The position numbers and the translations under genes are program-made. The notes below the pieces were generated by a model. The model did not search any database and was not told where the DNA came from. It saw nothing but the letters and a program-made list of their open reading frames with translations. This document shows positions 10,574 through 20,204 of a stretch of DNA of 64,000 bases, piece after piece. Location of the stretch: the NCBI GenBank assembly GCA_963845755.1, contig CAWJTV010000011.1, positions 896,001 to 960,000 on the forward strand, given 5' to 3'. Each line of letters opens with the position of its first letter. The stretch's first letter is position 1. Origin of the DNA: an uncultured Planctomycetota bacterium. GTDB lineage: Bacteria > Planctomycetota > Planctomycetia > Isosphaerales > Isosphaeraceae.

Positions 10574-13129
10574 TCAAGGGCCCTGGTCCGGCGCATCGAT
10601 CGGAATCGGGGGCAGGCCGAGGGCGCGCTCGACCTCCTCGGCGGTCACCGCGAGTCGGCCCAGGGCGCGTTGATAGAGGCCGGAGACTCGAGTGAGCGCC
10701 TCGCCTCCGGCTTCCAGGAGGCCGCTGATATCGTCCTTCTCGGGGAGTAGAGGAGGGAATGCGAACTTGGCCAGGGTGACGTTTTCGTCGGCGTGCTCGA
10801 AGGGATAGTCGATCGCGTCGCCGAGTTTCCATCGCGACTCTTCCAGCCGGTCGCGAAGGCCGGCGGCGGCGCGAAGCACGGCGTTGACCAGGGGCTGGTT
10901 CTTCGGGTCCTTGCCGGCTTGATAGGCTTGCAAGGTGCCGAGGAGGACCGAGCGCGGCGTGGGCCAGCCGGGCGAACTGGGGTGCGACGTTGGCCGCGAG
11001 GTGGGCCGCGCAGTGATAGAGCGGCGCGCGCCTCGTCGCGGCGCGCCGGGCCTTCGGTGACGCGGCCGACGACCGGCTTGGCCTCGAGGAGGCCGAGCAC
11101 CTGGGTGAGCCGGCGAGCGGCGGCCGCGGCGAACGGCTCGCATGCGGCGTTCGACCTGGCGGAGCTCGGCCTCGGCCCGGTCGCGGGCCGATTCGGCCGC
11201 CTGGGTTGTCGCGGCCTTCAGCTCGAAATCGGCCGGCTTCACCGGCACGCCCGTCTTGAGGAAGATCAGCGCGACATCGGCCAGGTAGAGCCGTTTTCGG
11301 ATCGCGTCCGCACGCTCGGCCGCCTCGAGGCAGTCGCCGCGCGCGGCCTGGACCTCATTGCGGGCCTGCACGAGTGCCCGGTTCGCGGCGGTGAGATCGG
11401 CGGGGGCGTGGGGTGCCTCCGCCGGCAAGGGCAGCCGCTGGGCCACGTGCCAGGTGCCCAGGAAGAAGCGGCCGGCCGCCTCGGCCCCCTCCTGCGCGGC
11501 CGTCTGAGTCTCGACCAGCTCCGAGACCTCGTAGAGCTGGTCCTGGGTGATCCCGGGTCCGAGCGACGACTTATACATATCCAGCGAAGATTGTTTCGCC
11601 AGTGCGTCGAAGTTGCGGAACACGTCGGTCGCCGGGCCTTCGACGGGGAAGATCCCCGGCCCGGGCGCCTCGCGGAGTGCGCGGGCGATCCGGTCCTTGT
11701 CGGCGGGGTGGGTGTCGAACAACCCGGTGCGGGTCGTGTCCATCGACTGGCGGAACGCCGCGATGAGCGGCTCGGGGATCTGCGGGATGTTGGCCGTCAC
11801 CAGCTTGGGGAAGTTATCGGGCAGCCGCCGCTGCTGCCAGCTCGACTGGAGGTCGGCGAAGGCCCCGTTCTCGGCCACGGACATCACGCGGAACCGCCAC
11901 ATGGTCTCGGCGAAGACCGCGCCGCCGACCATCCGCGCCTCGTAACGATCGGCGTCGTACTCCATCTGCCGCGAGAGGAAGCCGCTGACCACATGCCCCA
12001 CCTGCATCAAGACCCAGAGGATGCGTCGCGTCAGCCAGACCGCCAGCCGGACGATGGCAACCAGGAGCACGATGAAGCCTTGCCCCTCCGACGACCACGC
12101 GGCGAGGGTCTCGTCCCACTCGTCGCGCTGGTAGACGACCCGGGCGAACCACAGGTTGATCCGCATGATCAGCGCATAGAGCCGCATTCCGGCCCCTTGT
12201 GAGAAGTGGCCGAACTCGTGGGCCAGGACGCCGGCGAACTGCTTGAGGGTCACGCCCGCCGCGAACGGCAAGCCGATGGTGAGCACCAGCTCGCCGCCGA
12301 GGACGCCGAGGAGCCCGCCCTCGCGGTGCGCCGATGCGTTGACCCGGCAGTCCACCGCGATCCGGGCCGGCCGAGGCGCGCCGACCGTGGTGCAGACGCC
12401 ATCGACGAACGCGTAGAGGAGCGGCTCGTCGCCCGGCTCGAGCGTGCGTTGCTTGGGCCCCCGCGCCGGGCGGGCGAACAGCGGCTTGAGCATCAGTGCG
12501 ACGACCACGGCGCCGGCGATCAGCGGCGTGATGTAGATCAGTGCCGCCGCTTTCAGCGCATTGCGCCGGGTTCCCAGGGCCTGGAAGATCGTCACGTGGT
12601 GGATCGCGTGGTACACCAGGCCGGCCACGATCAGGCCGATGATCGCGACATAGGCCAGGGGGAGCAGCACCATCACCCCGGCGACGATCGCGACCCAGAG
12701 CCGGTACAGGATCGTGGGCCGAACCGGCTCGATCTGGCCCTCGAACGCCGCGAGGATCTGCTTGGGGGTCATGGTCCTCCGCGTGGGCGCGGCCGCCTCG
12801 GTCACGCCCTTGGCACTGATCCCCACGCCGGGCAGTGCCTCCGCCCGCACCCGGGCGGCCTTCGCCTTCTTCGCCGACGTCTCCGCCAGCGCGTAGGCGT
12901 CTCCGTCATCCGGGCCCACCGCGTGTTGCCGCGGTTGTGCCGAAGGGACGACGACGTCATCGGCGGCCGGGCCGGCCTCGAAGATCAAGCCGGGTTCGAC
13001 GGGTGCCGTCTCCAGGACCGGTGCGGAGAACACCGCCTTGCAGTGCGGACATCGTCCGCGCCGGCCGGCGTGCACCTCCGGAACCTGAATCGTCGCCCGG
13101 CACGACGGGCATTCCACCTTCATCGGCAT
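10574..13129 (-). CDS. M48 family zinc metallopeptidase with N-terminal zinc ribbon
   Basis: CPSC..CPHC ribbon, TM helices, VNASA, LAHEFGH (HExxH), SRQMEYDAD, THP..RI; probable compensating indels near 10950-11150. Confidence 0.85.
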   Translation of the reverse strand: MPMKVECPSCRATIQVPEVHAGRRGRCPHCKAVFSAPVLETAPVEPGLIFEAGPAADDVVVPSAQPRQHAVGPDDGDAYALAETSAKKAKAARVRAEALPGVGISAKGVTEAAAPTRRTMTPKQILAAFEGQIEPVRPTILYRLWVAIVAGVMVLLPLAYVAIIGLIVAGLVYHAIHHVTIFQALGTRRNALKAAALIYITPLIAGAVVVALMLKPLFARPARGPKQRTLEPGDEPLLYAFVDGVCTTVGAPRPARIAVDCRVNASAHREGGLLGVLGGELVLTIGLPFAAGVTLKQFAGVLAHEFGHFSQGAGMRLYALIMRINLWFARVVYQRDEWDETLAAWSSEGQGFIVLLVAIVRLAVWLTRRILWVLMQVGHVVSGFLSRQMEYDADRYEARMVGGAVFAETMWRFRVMSVAENGAFADLQSSWQQRRLPDNFPKLVTANIPQIPEPLIAAFRQSMDTTRTGLFDTHPADKDRIARALREAPGPGIFPVEGPATDVFRNFDALAKQSSLDMYKSSLGPGITQDQLYEVSELVETQTAAQEGAEAAGRFFLGTWHVAQRLPLPAEAPHAPADLTAANRALVQARNEVQAARGDCLEAAERADAIRKRLYLADVALIFLKTGVPVKPADFELKAATTQAAESARDRAEAELRQVERRMRAVRRGRRSPAHPGARPPRGQAGRRPRHRRPGAPRRGARRSITARPTSRPTSHPSSPGWPTPRSVLLGTLQAYQAGKDPKNQPLVNAVLRAAAGLRDRLEESRWKLGDAIDYPFEHADENVTLAKFAFPPLLPEKDDISGLLEAGGEALTRVSGLYQRALGRLAVTAEEVERALGLPPIPIDAPDQGP

Positions 13130-13228
13130 GGGAGAGCCTCGGTCGGAGAGGATCAGGTCGGACCAGCGCGGCGCGGGGCTGCCGCGCCTCGATCTCCTGA
13201 GAATACTCCGACCGAGCGTCGCAATCAA

Positions 13229-14212
13229 TCATTGTTGCGACGACGACTTGATCCGACGTGCGGCCTCCTCGAGGGATTTCCGGAGCTGATCCAACTGGCC
13301 GTCGTCGATGTGACGGCGCTGGCCCTTGACCATCGACAGGAAATGGTCGATCTCCTCGGGCTTCGCCGGATAGCCGATATTGCCGCCGGGCCCGTCGGAG
13401 GTCGCTTGCGACTTGCCCTTGACATCGAGGATCGCGAACCAGGGGATTCCGCCCGAGGCGTCGGAACGGTACCGCGACATCACGTCCTTGCCGCCCGTCA
13501 TGCGGTCGACGTCGACCTGCGCGACGATGAAGTCGCGGTCGAGGATCGCCGCGATCTCGGGCTGAGCCAGCCAATCGTGGAGCTTGTGACACCAGCCGCA
13601 CCAGGGGGCGCCGAAGGTCAGCAGGACGCGCTTGTCGTCGGACGACGCCCGCGACAGGGCCTCCCCGAGGATCAGCTTGGCGTCCTTCGGAGCGATCTTC
13701 CATCGGTCCAGGAACGCCTGGACCCGCTTCGGATCGTGATGGTCGCCCTCCTCGAGCGTGTCGGTCCGCTGCGCCGTGACGACCTTGCCCCGGGCGTCGA
13801 GCACGGCCAGGAACGGATAGCCGACGCCCCTCTCCAGCTCCTCCTTGCTCAGGGCCTCCTTGCACGTCTTGAGCAGATCGGGGGCGTTGGGCGATTCGAG
13901 GTCGATCGTGACGAGGACATATTCATCGCTCAAGGTCTTGCGGATCTCGCGGTTGCTGGCGAAGAGATCGTGCAGCTTGTGGCACCAGCCGCACCAGTCG
14001 CCGCCGAACATGAGCAAGACGCGCTGGTCATCCTTCTTCGCTCGCGCGGTCGCCTTCTCGACCTGGACTTTCGCGTCGGCCGTCTTGTCGTAGATCGACT
14101 CCTTCTTGGCGGCCTTGGCCAGCGGGCTCGCCGGAGTCTGCGCGAACGCGGCTCCCGCGCTCACGACCAGGATGCAGGCCGCTCCCCACCATCTCCGAAG
14201 CTCGTTCTTCAT
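13229..14212 (-). CDS. Secreted protein with two thioredoxin-family domains
   Basis: Signal peptide (AFA/Q), two WCGWC motifs, GYPF and GIPW cis-Pro motifs. Confidence 0.88.
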   Translation of the reverse strand: MKNELRRWWGAACILVVSAGAAFAQTPASPLAKAAKKESIYDKTADAKVQVEKATARAKKDDQRVLLMFGGDWCGWCHKLHDLFASNREIRKTLSDEYVLVTIDLESPNAPDLLKTCKEALSKEELERGVGYPFLAVLDARGKVVTAQRTDTLEEGDHHDPKRVQAFLDRWKIAPKDAKLILGEALSRASSDDKRVLLTFGAPWCGWCHKLHDWLAQPEIAAILDRDFIVAQVDVDRMTGGKDVMSRYRSDASGGIPWFAILDVKGKSQATSDGPGGNIGYPAKPEEIDHFLSMVKGQRRHIDDGQLDQLRKSLEEAARRIKSSSQQ

Positions 14213-14311
14213 GTTCGTCTCCTCTTGATTTGTGTCAGCCTTACGGGTTCACATTACTGTGATCGCCCTTCGGGGAGCAAGCATCATCCGATCCGATTCG
14301 TCGTCACAGCC

Positions 14312-14434
14312 CGCCGCAAACTGCGAGGGGACTGTCACATTCGATGCCAAGGATTCTACCGGGGTCGAGCGATCCGGCCTGCGGATCATGACGCCCCGCG
14401 AGTTCCTGGGCCGGATCGGAGAGAGACCCGATGA
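14312..14434 (+). pseudogene. C-terminal remnant of a PIN-domain toxin
   Basis: AANCEGTVTFDAKDSTGVERSGLRIMTPREFLGRIGE aligns with AAHCEGIVTFNAKDFAGVERFGLWIMTPREFLTRIGE of the intact PIN gene at 56673-57101; the N-terminal part is absent. Confidence 0.8.
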
Positions 14435-14667
14435 GCACGCTGAGCCTGCGACTGCCGGAATTGTTGCACAAGCAATCGAAGCACGACGCGGAGCGGGAGG
14501 TCATCTCGATCAACCCACTCATCACGACGGCGGTGGCCGAGAAGCTCTCGGCGTTGATGACGGGCGACTATCTGGAGGAGCGCGCTGCGCGCGGCGATCG
14601 CGGCGCGTTCGATCGGGTCCTGGCCAAGGTGCCCAACGTCGCGGCCGAGGAAGCCGAGCGTCTTTGA
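14431..14667 (+). CDS. RHH/HicB-like antitoxin, orphan copy
   Basis: MSTLSLRLPELLHK..ISIN..AVAEKLSAL; close paralog of 56440-56676. Confidence 0.8.
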   Translation: MSTLSLRLPELLHKQSKHDAEREVISINPLITTAVAEKLSALMTGDYLEERAARGDRGAFDRVLAKVPNVAAEEAERL

Positions 14668-14741
14668 AGGCTCGGCGTCATCTCGCTGCCATCGATGCAA
14701 GAAGAGGACGCGAGTGATCCGGTTCTGGAGGGCGCGATGAC

Positions 14742-14885
14742 TCAGGGCGTCGCGGACCTCCCCAGGAGGTCTCTGACGATTGCTTGCCTCCAACCGATCT
14801 TGCTGGGTGCGGTGCCGTGGATCTCGCGGACCATCGTCCCGTTCTGGGCGATCACGAGGAGGGTGGGGAAACCTGGGTCCAGAGG
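14742..14885 (-). pseudogene. C-terminal fragment of a TlpA/redoxin-like protein
   Basis: GFPTLLVIAQNGTMVREIHG resembles the cis-Pro beta hairpin of TlpA redoxins; no CxxC upstream. Confidence 0.4.
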
Positions 14886-14938
14886 CACGGGTCGGATCCT
14901 GCCGGCGGCCCATCGGGCGCCGGTCGGGGAGCCGCTTC

Positions 14939-15265
14939 TCAATCCGACCTCCCATTGATCGGGAAGTCATCATCCTCTTCTAGCCGATTGCCAGGAAAGA
15001 GTTTGTTAGCGTCATAGATTTCCCAATCGGTCGCTTCCATATCGTCGGGTGATGGTTTATATGGCCAGTAAGAACCGGAAGTACTTCCTTCGCCATTGTC
15101 TAAATCCCACATCGTGGGCACGCGTTTGAATTCGTCATTGATTGCATCCGATGCGTATTGGTAGAAGTGGTTCACCACAAGGTGGCGGTCCCAAATCGAC
15201 CGCCTGACCTTGTAGAACTCTTCTTCGTGATCGCGGATCAACGTCATAGCTTCCGTGAAGGTCAT
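14939..15265 (-). CDS. DUF2829 / Tad2-like small protein
   Basis: MTFTEAM, KVRRSIW and YKPSPDDMEATDWEI match the family pattern MxFxEA, VxRxxW, PSxxDxxAxDW; GGAGGAG RBS; lower GC than flanks. Confidence 0.72.
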   Translation of the reverse strand: MTFTEAMTLIRDHEEEFYKVRRSIWDRHLVVNHFYQYASDAINDEFKRVPTMWDLDNGEGSTSGSYWPYKPSPDDMEATDWEIYDANKLFPGNRLEEDDDFPINGRSD

Positions 15266-15548
15266 GGCCCATCTCCTCCCTTATATTCTGACTACCGCAT
15301 CAGCGAGTGGCAATGGGATTCCGGCGGGAAAGTTTTACGATATGTCAGTCATTTCCTCCTTTCATGGAACCACGCAGACACTATACCGCGGATGATGGCG
15401 ATGCCGAGGGACGGCCCGCGAGACGATCACGCCGAGATCGCACAGGGCCAGAGATTCGAGCGGGGAAATCCGCGGCACCCTGGAATCGTCTCGACGAGAA
15501 ACGCCGCTTCCGCTAGATTCCTCGCACAATCGAAACGGGAGACGATCA

Positions 15549-15923
15549 ATGGGTAAGGCAATCCTGCGCGGGATTCTCTGGGTCTTCTTCGGCATGTTTC
15601 CAGCAGCTTTGCTGGTCGGCATGCTCTACCGCTTCCCGATCCCGTTCCGGGGATATGTGAACGGTTGGGAGATGTTCCAGGAGGGCCTGAATGAAACGAT
15701 GGAGCTCATCTGGCTCCTCATCCAGGCGGTCACCTATTACACGTTCTGGGGCGGCTTCATCCCGCTGGCCCTCCTCGGAACCATCGCCGGGTTGCTGGGT
15801 CGCTGGCTGGGTCGGCCGGATCACGGCGATCTGTATGCGCGGAATATTGCCTTGGGCCTGGGCTTCGCTTTGGCGGCCTTCCTGTCGGTGCTGGATAAGA
15901 TCGTGGGGCCGTGGGTGAGTTAG
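15549..15923 (+). CDS. Small hypothetical membrane protein
   Basis: Three hydrophobic segments, YRFPIPFRGY motif, GGGAG RBS. Confidence 0.65.
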   Translation: MGKAILRGILWVFFGMFPAALLVGMLYRFPIPFRGYVNGWEMFQEGLNETMELIWLLIQAVTYYTFWGGFIPLALLGTIAGLLGRWLGRPDHGDLYARNIALGLGFALAAFLSVLDKIVGPWVS

Positions 15924-16178
15924 GAGGCTGGCCGGGCTTCCAATCGTTTCCTCCTCCCCAGAACCACACGGCGATCGTCCCGCCTACCAGACCTGCCAGG
16001 AGAGCGAAGAGGGAGTGGCCAACGCGAACAAATTCTTCTTGATTCGCCGAACCGGGTAGGGTGGTCCGCCAGCGAGCCGCTGGCTCTTGCAGGACCATGA
16101 TGGTACCGGCTTTGGCATCAATGCAAGGTAGGAGGGGCTCTGTGCGCCGCCCCGTCGGCCATCCAGGCGTGAGCCGCT

Positions 16179-17366
16179 CTAGCTGATCTGCGCCTTCAGC
16201 CAATCCGTCGCGGCCTTCCAATCCGCCTGATGGATCCGCTCGGCGACTTCTTCGAGGAAGTCGAGCGTATCCTTGGAGGCGTCATCGAGTGCGATCGGCT
16301 TCGGCAGGTTCATCTGCACCCGGTGGTAGTGCCCGGCCAGCGCCTGATCGCACACGTAGCTGTTCGATGCGGAACTGGCGTCGAGCAGGGCGGAGAGCAA
16401 CGGGAAGGCGGGCGTGAGCGTCTCTTTGTTCCCCAGGCTCACCCCGCGAGGAAGGGGAGAGAGCCATGCCAAGGCCCCGTATTCGGCCGCCCTGTCGAAG
16501 GGCGTTGAATGTGGGATGTCGATCCCGCTGATTTGTACGCCCGTGCCGATCGAGAGGATGCGGATGCTATTGACATCCCCCTGATTGGCACGGCAGGCGA
16601 GGCCCAGCGCGATGCTCGCGGGGCAGTTGGCGAAGAGGCCGCCGTCAACGCAGAAGCCGAACTCGGGGTGCGGGTAAGGCGGGAAATAGAGGGGGGCGGC
16701 GCTCGTACAGAGGGCGGCATCGACCAACTTCGTCGAGAGGGTCTGCTTGTCCTGGACCCGAATATCAGCCGCGTCGGCATTCGCTTCGCCGACATTGTGC
16801 AGCACCAGGGGTGCCCAGTTCCTGGCCTCTGAGAACAGTCGGAGCGTCGTGACCACCGCCGACCTCCTCAGATCGCCCATCGTCGCCTTCCCGAAGTGTT
16901 GCGTCAGCACCCTCCTCAGCCCGGCGTTCGAATACCTCGGGTGGATCAGGTCCAGCGGATCGAACTGGAAGCTTCTCAGGAGTTCCCGCACTTTGGCATC
17001 GAGGCCGCTCAGGAATTCCAGGAACCGGCTCCTCGCCGGATGCCTGGAGCTATTCACCGTGAAGATCTCCGGCCCGCGGTCCCGATACAGCGCGACCAGC
17101 TCGGCCGGGGATAGGTTGTGGGCCAGCCCCAGGGCGATGATTCCGCCCGTGGATGTCCCCGCGAAGAGGTCAACCTTGTCGAGAAACGGGACCTCGTTCT
17201 GGAGCCGTTCGATGACCTTGGCGGTCAGCAGGCCGCGAATTCCGCCGCCGTCGCACGACAGAATCAGGTACGGCTTGGTTCGGGAGGGTTGCGCACCCAC
17301 CGCGGCGGCCATCGGGAGCGAGAGTCCGGCCAACTTCAGCGTGTCGCGTCGGGTCATCCTGTCCAT
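16179..17366 (-). CDS. Patatin-like phospholipase with Tat signal
   Basis: TRRDTLK twin-arginine leader; DGGGIRG, GTSTG (catalytic Ser), SAAP, DGG (catalytic Asp), LSIGTG. Confidence 0.92.
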   Translation of the reverse strand: MDRMTRRDTLKLAGLSLPMAAAVGAQPSRTKPYLILSCDGGGIRGLLTAKVIERLQNEVPFLDKVDLFAGTSTGGIIALGLAHNLSPAELVALYRDRGPEIFTVNSSRHPARSRFLEFLSGLDAKVRELLRSFQFDPLDLIHPRYSNAGLRRVLTQHFGKATMGDLRRSAVVTTLRLFSEARNWAPLVLHNVGEANADAADIRVQDKQTLSTKLVDAALCTSAAPLYFPPYPHPEFGFCVDGGLFANCPASIALGLACRANQGDVNSIRILSIGTGVQISGIDIPHSTPFDRAAEYGALAWLSPLPRGVSLGNKETLTPAFPLLSALLDASSASNSYVCDQALAGHYHRVQMNLPKPIALDDASKDTLDFLEEVAERIHQADWKAATDWLKAQIS

Positions 17367-17722
17367 GGATCGGACCTCCTGGAGGGGTGGAAGCCTGCCT
17401 AGGGTCCGCCATTTGAGTCGGCATCGCGGGAGAATGCAAGGTCATTCGGGGACGCCGACGTCTTCAAATGGGCGATGCCGCTTCGCGACCATTCGGTTAT
17501 CGACGCCTTGCCCCGCGATACCGATGATGCCACCCCGCGGAAGGTCCTTCTTGCTCATTGACCTTTGATCACCGTGGATCGAGTCCTTTCCGATGCGATA
17601 CGATGGATCTCCCGAGGGTCGAGCCGTTCGACCGGCGCATGACAACCTCGCGGACGTTCCCGGCGCGGACCGGCTCGAGCACGACGGCCGGGACCTCTTG
17701 CGATCGGAGAGGACAATTCGGC

Positions 17723-19273
17723 ATGACGCTCGTGCTCTGGTGGGGAATCGTGGTCGGCGCCGTGGCCGCGGGGGCGGACGATGATCGCCCCGCTTTCCCG
17801 TTCTTCGAGCCGGTCCAGCCGCCGCGCGCGATCCAGGTGATGGCCCACCGCGGCGCGATGAACCAGGCGCCCGAGAACACGGCGCGGGCGCTGGAATTCT
17901 CCATCGCCGATGGCGTGGAGTGGGTCGAGGTCAACGTCCGGCTCACCAAGGATGGCCATCATGTCCTGTTCCATGATGGCGAGCTTCAGGGGAAGACCGG
18001 CGGCTCCGGGGCGGTTCGCGCTCACACCCTGGCGGAGATCCGGGCCCTCGATGTCGGATCCTCGTTCGCCCGGCGATTCGCCGGCGCGCGAATCCCGACG
18101 CTCGCGGAGGGATTGGAGCTCGCACGAGGGCGGGTCAACCTCTACCTCGACCTCAAGGATGTGGACCCCGTCCAACTGGCTCGCGAGGTCGTCGCGGCCG
18201 GGATGGCGCGTCAGGTCGTCTTCTACGACAGGCCCGAAGTCCTCAAGGCGATCCGCACGGCCGCGACCGAAGAACTGGCCGTGATGACGAAGTGGCGACC
18301 GCGGTTCGGCATGGACCGATGGGTCGAGGAGGTCCGGCCGGCGGCCGTCGAGATCGACGCGGGCGACGTCACGCTCGAAGCCTGTCGCGCGTTCCACCGG
18401 CTCGGGATCAAGGTCCAGGCGAAGGTGCTGGGCCAGGAGGACCGGCCCGAGGTCTGGGACCGCATGGTCGCCGCGGGCGTCGACTGGCTTCAGACCGACC
18501 ACGCCGAGGAGATCCTGGCGCGGCTGGCCCTCAAGACCACTCGCGGCCGAAGACCACAGATCGCCCACCACCGCGGAGCATCGCGTTATGCTCCTGAGAA
18601 CACGTTTCCGGCCCTCGAAAAAGCGATCCACCTCGGGGCCGACTTCGTCGAGTTCGACGTGCGCACGACCCGCGACGGGAAGCACGTCTTGCTCCACGAT
18701 GGCACCTTCAACCGCACGACCAGTGGGCGGGGAGCGGTCCGCGATCAGGAGGCAGGCGCGATCGCACTTCTCGACGCCGGATCCTGGTTCGGCCGATCGT
18801 TCCGGGGGACGATGGTCCCCAGCCTCGACGCGTTCCTCGAAGCGGCGGGCCGGCAAGTCGAGCTCTACGTCAACGCCAAGGACATCGCGCCCAAGGCCCT
18901 CGCGGAAGTCTTGTCCCGGCACGGCCTGATCGAGCGGGCCGTCGTGTATCAACATATCGAATACCTCGAAGAGCTCCGGCGCATCGATCCGCGAATCCGA
19001 CGGATGCCGCCGCTCCGAAATCCGGCGCAATTCGATGTCGTAATCGACCGGGTTCGACCGTATGCCCTCGACACCCAGTGGTCGATCCTCTCCAAGGAGT
19101 TGATCGATCGCTGCCACTCCAAGGGCGTCAAGGTCTTCAGCGACGCGCTCGGCATGCACGAGTCGATCCCCCGATACCGGCGCGCCATCCGCGACGGCAT
19201 CGACGTGATCCAGACCGATTATCCGCTGCGCGTGCTCCGGGCCATCGAGCTGGAAGGCGGGGCGAGGGATTGA
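17723..19273 (+). CDS. Exported two-domain glycerophosphodiester phosphodiesterase
   Basis: GGAGAGG RBS, signal peptide, two HRG..PENT..DG..HD..QTD domains. Confidence 0.9.
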   Translation: MTLVLWWGIVVGAVAAGADDDRPAFPFFEPVQPPRAIQVMAHRGAMNQAPENTARALEFSIADGVEWVEVNVRLTKDGHHVLFHDGELQGKTGGSGAVRAHTLAEIRALDVGSSFARRFAGARIPTLAEGLELARGRVNLYLDLKDVDPVQLAREVVAAGMARQVVFYDRPEVLKAIRTAATEELAVMTKWRPRFGMDRWVEEVRPAAVEIDAGDVTLEACRAFHRLGIKVQAKVLGQEDRPEVWDRMVAAGVDWLQTDHAEEILARLALKTTRGRRPQIAHHRGASRYAPENTFPALEKAIHLGADFVEFDVRTTRDGKHVLLHDGTFNRTTSGRGAVRDQEAGAIALLDAGSWFGRSFRGTMVPSLDAFLEAAGRQVELYVNAKDIAPKALAEVLSRHGLIERAVVYQHIEYLEELRRIDPRIRRMPPLRNPAQFDVVIDRVRPYALDTQWSILSKELIDRCHSKGVKVFSDALGMHESIPRYRRAIRDGIDVIQTDYPLRVLRAIELEGGARD

Positions 19274-19388
19274 GGGAAGCCATCTGCGGAGGGGCATCTG
19301 TGATCAAGCTTAGCTTATCGCACAAGTCTTCCCAGGGAAGCCATTGCACGCTTCGGCTTACTGCCGTCAGGTGGATAAGAGAGGCAGG

Positions 19389-20129
19389 TTACTGAATCGA
19401 TGTCGGCGGCTGGGATGCAGAGGGGCGGTTGAACCGGGCAAGGTCGAGATCAGTAACCATGAGAGGGGACGTTCGTATCTCACCATCTCCCCGATCGAAC
19501 GCATGGATAACGTAGCCTGCCAATAAGACCGACCAGGGGCCGTCTCCGGGCAATCCCAGGCTGCTGCGAAGTGTCTCCCGCTCTCGCACTTGTGGCCCGT
19601 ACGCGCGGATAATCTGGTCGAGGGACACCTCCGGCCAAGTCGCAGTCGATGGCGTCTCGATGAGCGTGATACCGGCTCCGTCTCGATAGCAGGCCAAGAC
19701 GAAGCCGCCGCAGCTAAACCGACGGTATAGCCTCACCTGTTTCTCGTCCTCATACCAGCATTCAGGGGGATCCACAACATAGGTTCGCCATGTACCGACA
19801 AGTCCACCAGGGCGATTCTCTTTGTCCACCTCGGCGAGCCAATCGATCATGCCTTCTCGCTCGTCGACCGTGAGATTGATCCATCCTGCCACGTGGGACG
19901 GGCAGATCGGGTCCTCTCCAGCATGTCCCCGTGAGCGATCACCCGCCACCAAAGGTGGTCCCATGTGAAACACGTGGACCTCTGCGCCGTAGACTACCGT
20001 ACTATCTTCTCGAAGAAGGGCGACGTGTTTGACGAACGCGGAATCTGGGTCGTCGTAAATCCCAATGACTGCGAACTGGGCCAAGGGCATTCCCGGCGCG
20101 TCGGGAACAACGAGGGCGGGCACGTGCAT
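19389..20129 (-). CDS. Putative circularly permuted NlpC/P60 (papain-like) enzyme
   Basis: His motif KHVALL precedes Cys motif RFSCGGFVLACYRDGAGI, resembling FxCSxLVxxxYxxAGI of the permuted YiiX/LRAT-like group. Confidence 0.55.
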   Translation of the reverse strand: MHVPALVVPDAPGMPLAQFAVIGIYDDPDSAFVKHVALLREDSTVVYGAEVHVFHMGPPLVAGDRSRGHAGEDPICPSHVAGWINLTVDEREGMIDWLAEVDKENRPGGLVGTWRTYVVDPPECWYEDEKQVRLYRRFSCGGFVLACYRDGAGITLIETPSTATWPEVSLDQIIRAYGPQVRERETLRSSLGLPGDGPWSVLLAGYVIHAFDRGDGEIRTSPLMVTDLDLARFNRPSASQPPTSIQ

Positions 20130-20204
20130 GGCCTCCAGGGAAGGGTTTCTCAGAGAGCGTGCCGTGCGCCTCGGACCGATTCAAGTGGTCGGGCCGACAG
20201 GCAT

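Noticed and set aside
16179..17366. CBASS CapV effector linked to the Tad2-like gene
   Set aside because: It has a Tat export signal and there is no CD-NTase in the window.
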